Source of the DNA: Octopus vulgaris
Lineage: Eukaryota
Assembly: GCA_951406725.2 (NCBI GenBank)
Contig: OX597815.1
Location: forward strand, 146,382,001 to 146,446,000
Direction of reading: 5' to 3'
DNA: 64,000 nt
The notes under the pieces were generated by a model that saw nothing but the letters and a program-made list of their open reading frames with translations, was not told the origin of the DNA and did not search any database. Both the position numbers and the translations under genes were made by a program. This document shows, piece after piece, positions 53,989 to 64,000 of the stretch (positions are counted from its first letter, which is position 1; the number at the start of each line of letters is the position of its first letter).

Positions 53989-55970
53989 CTATATATATAT
54001 GAAAGAAACATGATTGTGAAGAGAAACATGGAAGATCAACTTGCGTATCTTCTAAAGTTAGAATGAATGTTTTAATCCCAATAATTTATCATATCATTAC
54101 TACTGTCACTGCAATTAATCTTGTCTCACATGGTGAGTATTACAATTACTTCATCTGTATAGACGTTGTACACGATAATCTAACAAAAATGTTGGTGTTT
54201 CGCACTATTTTGAAGCAATGCTGATTGTACTCTAGAAAAATATTGGGCTAATGGGAGATAAAAGAAACCAAAATGATATTGCCTTTGTGATATTCATATT
54301 CATTAGAATGCTTAAATAATGCCCAAGAGTGACGGGTACGAAAAATATTGGTTAAGATTTTCAAGGTCCCCACTGGTAGAAATGTTATGGAGACAACTAA
54401 ACTGTATAGCATTTATTAATAGAAGTCTAATATATATAATGATCGTGAAAAGCTGATAAATTGCTGAGCTAATTGCTTTGGAGTACTATAGTTAATCATC
54501 TTCCCCTATAATCTGCATCTATAATCAACCGATGTTATAGATTATTAAATAGATAACACATATGTACTTTGGCTGTTTCATTCAACCGTATTCTCAACTC
54601 GTGCAAAGGCAAGTTTTGTTACTTATTACTAATGGAATGGTCTCCTAAATGGAATATTATATTCATCTTCCCGAGGAAGCTGGCATTCGTCAAATCTGCC
54701 TCTTCACATTAAATCAAGTGTTTCAGATGAATAGGCTAAAGTTAATGTACTCAAGTGTATAAAGCTTAATATTGTTTTACTCACCATCAGGTTAGAATTA
54801 GCACACATATACATGAACGCACAAAAAAATATACACGTATGACCAGGTCCGTACAGTGTTTGTCTACATTATTCAACTCACAGAATATTCACCAGAGCAG
54901 TAGAAAACGCCTTTGCAGAAGCTGCAGTGAACTAGGTTCGTAATCTGAACATATATTTCCAAGCAAATATTGTAATCCCACCGTCTTACCCATACCAACA
55001 TTTTTATATATTTTTATTTGCACAAGATGACAAGCTGAACTTCGATGGTTATTTAATTTTTCTGTGAATTTAAACCAAACTTAAAAGAATTCATTTTAAG
55101 TACATCGCATCTGTAAAAGTGACAGATGCATTTGGTAGCCATAATTATGATATTCTCTGGGTAATTTAGTGCTATATTGTGTCGAAAGTTTGGAATGTAG
55201 TGCTTTAGAATTATTTAGTTTTTAGTATTACATGTGTCTCAATGTTCTTTGAAATGTTCCTAATAACATGTTTTATGTTTTAATCCTCCTGCTTGTATAG
55301 ATCTGTTTATAGATTGTTATAGCATGTTGGAGACACTTGAGACGACAGCCAGTGTCTGTAGATTCAATTTTATTATCTTCGTAATCAGAATATCGAGAGC
55401 AGAAACAATAGGAAAGAATATAATATTAATAGCTTCTACAGCAAAATATCTCAGTCTACAACTTTAACTCTTTTCTTGGAAATTAATTTTAAAGACAATT
55501 TTTAGACTTCTCTAATTCCTATCTCAAATTTATTATTGTTTCGTTCAGTGTAATCCCTACAGACATTGTTTTACTGCTATTTATGCATCAAACAGATTAT
55601 TGACGCATCTTTCTTATTTCTAACATTATACAAATTATTTTGTTCATAAGTACAATTGGGGCTTGTTCGCTAAAAACAATCAAAGTAGAACATTTAACCA
55701 GATTTCTAAGAGAAATGAAAATATGGTTCTATCTGGATATCTCTATCATAGTAATTTGAGCCGGCTTTGCAATTATAATTAAATACCTCTAATAAGGTTG
55801 TCACTGTAGTTTGGTAAGTATTGATTCGTAATTGTATGAGACATAAGTTTATATGAAATAATGAATGCCAAAATGCGAAAGTACAATTTATCTCCGCATG
55901 CCTAAATATCTATATTTCCCTGTCCACTCTTCTACAACGGTTAAACATTAAAAACTGAATTTTCTTCCTT

Positions 55971-56039
<69 letters not shown>

Positions 56040-56542
56040 TTATATACCCATCTGTCTATCTGTCTATCTATCTATATCACTTTATATATACATATGTGTG
56101 TGTGTGTATGTGTGCGTGTATGTTTAACATATCATTGTTTTTCTGAGGACAAATTGCCTCCCAATCCCAGAATTGGAAACAACATGTCAGAAAAAGGAGA
56201 AAAGGCCAAAAAAGAAAAGAAAATCCGCGGATTCTGTCGTTAAAATCTCTTCTCTGATGAAATGGTGGAATCGCTAGATAATTTTGTAGCATTATAATAG
56301 ACGTAACATTAATAGTAGTAACAATTACAAAACAATACTGATTATGATATATACATAAATTCAGTAACTTTCATTCAAGAGGACATGTCGTTACCATCGG
56401 CACCAGTACTTCACTGGTAGTGTATATACATATACATATATACACATGCACATTCACACGTACACATACACACAGACTGCAAAACACACACACACACACA
56501 TATATATATATATGGGCATATCTCCGTAGGTGCTATGAAATT

Positions 56543-56618
<76 letters not shown>

Positions 56619-56625
56619 GTATATA

Positions 56626-56831
56626 CACTGTTGTATCTGGGGAGAGTCATTTTCTTTTGGTGCCTTATAATTTAACACACTCACCGGTAAAATTTCCACT
56701 TTTATTTCCATTTTATTTTTACTTTAGTTTTATTTTTTATATAAAAAAAACAAATTAGTGGAGATATTACTGGTGAGTGTGTAAAATTATAAGGCACCAA
56801 AAGCGAAAGACTCTCCCCAGACACAACAGAG
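56626..56831. mobile_element. Tc1/mariner-type MITE with about 75-bp TIRs
   Basis: TA|CACTGTTGTATCTGGGGAGAGTC...CTTTTGGTGCCTTATAATTT mirrored by ...GACTCTCCCCAGACACAACAGAG|TA around an AT-rich spacer. Confidence 0.88.
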
Positions 56832-56885
56832 TATGCTTCAACACACGAACTCACTTAAAGAATCTTGCAAAATAAATCCCCAAAC

Positions 56886-56949
<64 letters not shown>

Positions 56950-57439
56950 TACTGATACTGTAAACCTCGGTTTGATAATCGAAAAAGAGTACTCTTGCTG
57001 TGTATTTGCTCTGCTCCATGATGTACGCACTTCCTTATCAATCTCTCATATCAGAAACATTTATAGGTCTTCAACGAGAGGCCAGTAAACAACGAAGGCG
57101 GTATGAGACTACTGCTCAAAACACCAAGTCGAACACACACACACACACGAGCGCGCGAGCACGCATCCAATGTATATACATATATATATTGCATACAATA
57201 TTGACTCAAAACATGATTTTTCAGAAACAGGAATTACTTGATTTATAACACGATATGTAATAATTATTATGTTCAATGTCATAGCTTTTGACAAATGTCT
57301 TAAGTTTGTGACTTTCTTCTACTCTATGTATTTGAATGCGTGCGTGTGTATAAGTGGAGGCGTGTGTGTTTTTAAGTAGAAGTCTTCTTTCCATTTATAT
57401 TTATGTAAATAAAATTTATATCAACGGACACCCAAACAT

Positions 57440-57471
<32 letters not shown>

Positions 57472-58048
57472 TGAAATGTAGGTATAAATATATAATCATA
57501 TATATTATGCATACATATATATAATTATGTATACATACACGCACACATATATAGGCGCACACAAACTTTCTTGATGCGAAACTTCAATAACTCAACATCA
57601 TATAATAACATTAAATTTTAACATATGTATTAAAATTACTTTGCCTGTCATGTATATAGAAATGAGTATTTCTAGTGATTTATTTCAACAAAATATACTA
57701 ACAACAACATCATATGATATATTGAAATGAAAAATGTAATTCGTAAAATGTCATTTTGAATGTTTGCATTGATTTCTAACAGAGATAGAATGCTTGGAGC
57801 CAATTTGAATTGGGAATGGACAACATTTATAAAGACAAATAAATAAAATTCTCAAATAAAAATATGCGAAGATTACAGATTTGCAGCTGCTTGTTGAAGT
57901 ATGTGTGTATATTGTTTTAAGAATATCTTTATCTCATCAACACATTAGCAGGTGCTAAAAGTGTATGTACACATGTATAAAAACACACGTATTTAAATAG
58001 CTATATTGATGTTCACACACAAACATCCATAATTACATACTCACATAC

Positions 58049-58083
<35 letters not shown>

Positions 58084-58855
58084 CCTTAATGTTTTGTTAA
58101 AAATCTATTAAAATAAAGAGATGTGTCTGGGTGTCTGGTCTAAGGACCCGAGTTGGCTGTGTATAAAACTGATACCTGAGTTGGCAGAAAGCGGACGTTT
58201 TCAATATCACTCATCCTGCTAGAAATAAGTAATAAATCTCTCTAAAATTATATCTTTTGACAGTGGAAGAGAAGGTGACCAAAGACGATGTGATTCTTGA
58301 TTTACTGGATCTATTAATGAGCTGAATGGACACAACTTGACCACTGCGATGTTTAAAGTAGAACAACACCAGAAACAGTATTGACCTTTATTCTTCAGAA
58401 CAACCTTACTTCAACGTGATATACTTAAACGTGGTATATATTTGTCATAAAACGTAATACTCCTAACAGTATCAAATATAACTTATATTTACCTTTACCT
58501 GAATGGGAGACGTTAATACGGACTGCATACAAAAGAAAACACCAGAGAGGTATGTGTCTAAAATTAATATATATTAATCACATCGATTTAGCTCATCTTA
58601 TTCGTCGCATATGTGACGCATTCCAGTCTTAATCTGCTCTCACAAGATCCGGTTACAGCTACTCAGATTTATGTGAATTCACTTGTTAAACATGAAGACT
58701 TCGTCTTGTTTCTCAGCAATATAAATATTATGACGTCAAAATAAAGTCAAAAGATAGAACGAAATAAGTTTTCCGTTCGTGAAAGGAAATTATAACGTTT
58801 CAAACAGATATTTCGTCATAGAAACATTTCTTTTAATTTGAAGTATTTAGAAAAG

Positions 58856-59790
58856 TATTATTATTATTATTATTTGATTAACACTCTCAGCTTATTTTTC
58901 TGGGTATGATGGAAAGTGTCCGCTGCTCAGAGCCAGCAGTCTAAGGTGACACATGATTACTGGCCATGCTTCAAGAACTTTGCGAAGAATGCTTGCAATG
59001 CTGATTTTTGTAGTTGTTTTATCTTTACATTTGTACCAGTCTTTCTGAGGAATGCTGATAGTTGAGTGCTGATACATCCTAATGCTCTAATTACTATTGG
59101 TATCACGTATACTCTCCGCATCGACCACCATCCTTCATATTTCCCAATTCAAATCGTTGTCTTTGTTCTGCTTTTCTTTTTTCTCTTTGATCCTGTCGTC
59201 ACCGGAACATGTTATGTCGATTATCATTCATGTTTTTTCTGTGTTTTTTTTTAAACCACAATGTCCTGTCCCGATGTCTGGTCAGGTGATCACACTGAAT
59301 CATTGCATCTCACAGAATTTTGCAGTCTCCATTCTCGTGACGCCTTGTGGGGGTTTGCTTATACTACTCTTTTGCTTTCTGTAGGCAGTAATTTTCACAG
59401 ATCATTCTTGCCACATTGCCATGTCCTTTTTGCATTCGCGTTGTGCCAATTTCGGGCATTCGTTAACAATGTGCCATATTGTCTCAGCCGTCTCATCACA
59501 CGCTCTGTATTTGTCGCTATCGGTAGTTTTGTGAATTCTGCGCTTCACATAGTTAGTCCTTAACGCTTATTCTTGTGCTGTGCATTTAAGTGCTTCTGTC
59601 TCTATCTTCAGTACACCCCTCCTCATCCATAACCATTCATCGTCTGTATCTGTCTTGGCGTTTGTATTTCTGGTAATCTGACCCTACATTTTTTTCTCGT
59701 GCCATGCTTTCTTCTTTTGTGCGTGTTATTTTAGTCTTTAAGTTTTTCATTCTTTAAACAACTCTCATTCTTAATGACACCGGACTTAGT
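58856..59790 (-). mobile_element. 5'-truncated, decayed R4/Dong-clade non-LTR retrotransposon (zinc knuckle plus RLE endonuclease)
   Basis: Minus-strand translation across stops and frameshifts: KAWHEKKM*GQ, WLWMRRGVLKIETEAL..AQE*ALRTNYVKRRI..DKYRACDETAETIWHIVNECPKLAQRE, IIDITCSGDDRIKEK, VIPIVIRALG, LQKSAL..ASILRKVL. Short 3' UTR followed by a (TAA)n tail. Confidence 0.9.
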
Positions 59791-59934
59791 TCACATGTTT
59801 CGAAGATGTTTCCACGGTATTTTTCACATACCATCCTGAGCTGCTTTCCCTTTATTTCGATACACTCCTGGCATCTGATCAAACCTCTCCCAACTTTTCC
59901 TCTGGACAAGTACAGCCTATCTGTATCACTTTTC

Positions 59935-59988
<54 letters not shown>

Positions 59989-60234
59989 GCCCGTACATTA
60001 GACGCTTGGCAAAATACAGATCTAACGAATAAATACTAGACATCAGAAAAGTAAGTTCTGGGTTCGATTCGTTCGGGTAAACCCTTCATTGCAAGACCGC
60101 AGTCCAATGAATGAAGCAAGTAAAAGATAAAATATATACACAAATATGTGCACTTAGAAATCAACAACACACAGACACATACGCACACACACACACACAC
60201 ATACACACACGCACGCACACACACACACACATAG

Positions 60235-60265
<31 letters not shown>

Positions 60266-60902
60266 TGCATCTCTAATTATATGAGTTGTCATCTAGCTTG
60301 GCAGTCTCCACATACATTATCAACCATCATCTCAGCGGACACACATCAACCTGCTCCGACTAAAACTAAGACAAGTGACAGTGAAAGTGGATGAATACTA
60401 CATGGTTGCACACAAAATGGCAACAGTAGAAATGAGTCATAGGAACATAAAAGAAATTAATAAAATACAAATAGTGCAGAGGCGAGGGAATTTACACACT
60501 ACGTTGGAATAAGTATCATCGCTTTTATTAATTTTATTGATTTTCAAGCAATATGTTAATAGTTACCAGACAGAAACACTCTACAGCTATGTCTTTTATA
60601 CCAGCACACACACACACACACACATACACACGCACACACACACCCATGTATTTATGTATATGTGTATCCATGTATATTTATATATATGCATATACAGGCA
60701 TACACATATGGCGTTGTATTCACAGATACGTTAAGGAAGACTGCGTTTGTTGGTCAATACTTGAGTTTCATATCTTGTTTCCTTTCAGAAATCTACGGAA
60801 CGAAGAGTATTTTCATAAATATACACTCTACATGGTATTGAATAGGATGTTCCCAGTCCATTTACAAATGGACATATACATAGATACATACACACGTGTA
60901 TA

Positions 60903-60938
<36 letters not shown>

Positions 60939-60948
60939 TGTGTGTGTA

Positions 60949-60979
<31 letters not shown>

Positions 60980-61010
60980 GTATGTGTATATATATACTTA
61001 TACACACACA

Positions 61011-61106
61011 TGCGTGGCACCTTGACCAAGTGTCTTCTTCTATAGCCTCAAGCCGACCAAAGCCTTGTGAGTGGATCTGGTAGATGGAAACAGAAAGAAC
61101 CCCGTC

Positions 61107-61185
<79 letters not shown>

Positions 61186-61370
61186 TGTATTTGACAACCG
61201 AAGTTGATGTGTTTACGTCCCCGTAATTTAGTGGTTAAGCAAAATAGATCGGTAGAATAAATACTAAACTTACAAAGAATGAGCCCTCGAGTCGATTTGT
61301 TCGACTAAAGGCGGTGCTCCAGCTTGGCCGCAGTCAAACGACTTAAACAAATAAAAGAGAAAGAGTAAAA
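61011..61370 (+). mobile_element. SINE type A, 5'-truncated
   Basis: tgcgtggcaccttgaccaagtgtcttc ... aaaggcggtgctccagc...aaaagagaaagagtaaaa. Confidence 0.9.
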
Positions 61371-61434
61371 GCGCTATATATATATATGTGTGTGTGTGTG
61401 TATAGACACATACACACACATATAGATAGGTAGG

Positions 61435-61483
<49 letters not shown>

Positions 61484-61484
61484 T

Positions 61485-61563
<79 letters not shown>
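61435..61563. repeat. (GATA)n microsatellite (others at about 21790, 41966, 53865 and 55970)
   Basis: Read directly. Confidence 0.97.
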
Positions 61564-61565
<2 letters not shown>

Positions 61566-62117
61566 ATAAATAAATAGATTGATTGCTAAATACAGAAATA
61601 GTTAGACTGCCGCATACATTAGCTTCGTTATAAACTTCTCCCCTTATCTGTGTTTTCCCACAGAACCTCCTCTATGCAACATGTGACCGTCGTGGAACCA
61701 ATAAACCATTCCTCTATGATTTGCAACATTTGGTTACCATTTCAATGGAATTTCATTATACTTTTCCCCTAACCCATGTAAATTTAATTTTATAGCATTC
61801 CTTTTCACACTCCTTTCGCTATGATCACTCCTTTCTCTACGTGCTCTGCATATAAATATTTTTAACCCTCTTGTTCTAATCCTCTATGTCTTTCAACACA
61901 ATTCTTCCAATTCCATTTCATTGATTTTACAACTTCATCTCTTGTCTTCTTCCTGTTTTAAGTTGTGTAAAGTCTTTTCCTTATAGACTTTACAACATAC
62001 ATTTATACATTCTTATTTACATTATTTCATAATCATCTGTCCCTTTTTGCCATACGCATTTTATATATTCGTTTTTACTCCAGGCACAAGGCTCGAAATA
62101 TTTGGTAGATGAACCTC

Positions 62118-62857
62118 AATACGCAACTGGAGCTTAATTTATCGACCCCGAAAGGATGAAAGGCAAAGTCGACCTAGACGGAATTTGAACTCATAACCGC
62201 TAAGCATTTCGCCCGGGGTGCTAAAGTTTCTTATTTATTTTCTGCCCACAAGGGGCTACACACAGAGGGGACAAACAAGGAAAGACGCACGGATTAAGTC
62301 GATTATTTTGAATCCAGTGCGTAACTGGTACTTATTTAATCGACCCCGAAAGGATGAAAGGCAAAGTCGGCGGAATTTGAACTCAGAACGTAGCGACAGA
62401 CGAAATACCAATTTCTTAACTACCCACCAGCGGCTAAAGACAGAGGAAACAAACAAGGACAGGCAGACGGATTAAGTCGATTATATCGACCCCAGTGCGT
62501 AACTGGTACTTAATTTATTGACCCTGAAAGGATGAAAGGCAAAGTCGACCTCGGCGGAATTTGAACTCAGAGCGTAATGGCAGACGGAATAAGGCTACGC
62601 ATTTCGCCCGGCGTGCTAATGTTTCTTATTTCTTTATTGCCCACAAGGGGCTAAACACGGAGGGGACAAACAAAGACAGACAAATGGATTAAGTCGATTA
62701 AATCGACCCCAGTGCGTAACTGGTACTTAATTTATCGACCCCGAAAGTATGAAAGGCAAAGTCGATCTCGGCAGAATTTGAACTCAGAACGTGACGGCAG
62801 ACGAAATACGGCTACGCATTTCGCCCGGCGTGCTAATGTTTCTGCCAGCTCGCCGCC
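62118..62857 (-). mobile_element. Head-to-tail array of four SINE type B copies
   Basis: gtaactggtactta...gaaaggcaaagtcg-type block recurs at about 62125, 62320, 62500 and 62717. Only the rightmost copy has the complete ggcggcgagctggc head. Confidence 0.92.
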
Positions 62858-63368
62858 TTTTCTTTTTACATGTTCACGTGCCTTGTACATATATCTCTTA
62901 ACACTTCTGTCCCTTTGCCTACCTGCCTGTTTACATACTCATTTATTTTTACATTCATTTAATTTTTCACTAGTTTTTCCACTGCTCCTCCATCTTGACC
63001 CACATTTTAAGCTTTCTTCCTTTTTTCGTTTTTCTCCACTGTTTTCGCTCAACTTCACTCACTCCCAGCCAACCGTTTACACCTTACACCATTTACATTC
63101 TCCTTTATATGCTAAAACTCACCAGCATTTCCTCTCTGAACTCCTCCCCAAATAACTGAATTCCCACCAGACCCCTAATCACTTTTTCCACTTTTCCTTT
63201 CTTTACCCCACCGTTCATTATTTCCCGCATTTTTCTCATGAGGGTATCAACGTCGAGAAGGTCAAAGTCCGTTTACTTTTTCCATTCAAGCGTGAAAACT
63301 AATATCACTTCTTTGAAAACTTTCTGGTGTTTTGTATTTTCTTTTTGTGTTTTTCCCATTCATATATA

Positions 63369-63519
63369 GACTGTGTAGTAAGTAGCTCGTTTACCAACCA
63401 CATGGTTCCGGGCTCAGTTTCTCTGCGTGGCACCTCGGGCAAGTGTCTTCTACTATAGCCTTGGGCCGACCAAACCCTTGTGAGTGGATATGGTAGACGG
63501 AAACTGAAAGAAGCTCGTG

Positions 63520-63560
<41 letters not shown>

Positions 63561-63820
63561 TATCTGTATGTATTTATATATATGCATGTGTATGTATGTA
63601 TGTATGTGTTTGTCCCCCCCCACTTCAACATCGCATGGCAACAGATCCTGGTGTGTGAAGTCCCTGTAACATAGCGGTTTGGCAAAGAGACCGATAGAAT
63701 AAGTGCTAGGCTTACGAAGAATAATAAGTCCTAGAGTCGATTTTCTTGACTAAAGGTGGTGTTGCAGCATGGCAGAAGTCAAATGATTGAAACAAGTAAA
63801 AGAATTAAAGAACAAAAGAA
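63369..63820 (+). mobile_element. SINE type A, near full length
   Basis: Collinear with 47773-48127, plus tail gaaacaagtaaaagaattaaagaa. Confidence 0.9.
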
Positions 63821-64000
63821 TATATATAAATATATACATATAAAGTTACAAGTTTTAAGAATTAGTTAATAAGTTAACAAAAATAATTGAATACTTGAAT
63901 TCAAAGCACCTGATAAGTTAATATTGAAATTTATTTAAAATGAAATGAATTTATTTAAAATGCAAGTTATAATCCTGCTATGTAAGTACCTATATGTATG

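Noticed and set aside
62118-62857. Regularly recurring repeats superficially like a CRISPR array or satellite
   Set aside because: Units are whole SINE bodies without unique spacers, the context is eukaryotic and there are no cas genes.

Overview
AT-rich, microsatellite-saturated, non-coding eukaryotic DNA. The (TA)n/(CA)n/(TATG)n/(GATA)n/(TTC)n load and the tRNA-headed SINEs suggest an octopus/cephalopod genome (inference, not verified). I cannot support any intact host protein-coding gene, and nearly all long ORFs in the track are microsatellite read-throughs. Recognisable content: four related tRNA-derived SINE types in about 25 copies, Tc1/mariner/pogo-type MITEs (TA target duplication), a piggyBac-like TTAA element, a decayed R4/Dong-clade RLE LINE (58.9-59.8 kb) and a possible mariner HTH relic. 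The main hidden signal is a population of short non-coding elements, mostly set in (TA)n tracts, that carry minimal type-I hammerhead ribozymes (CUGANGA...GAAA, palindromic stem III) of the kind known from Penelope-like retroelements. Three have intact catalytic cores (19164-19251 +, 20626-20661 -, 24588-24657 +), and at least seven more are degenerate. Three loci are inverted-repeat structures, including a perfect 83-bp IR whose antisense arm would sequester its own ribozyme.
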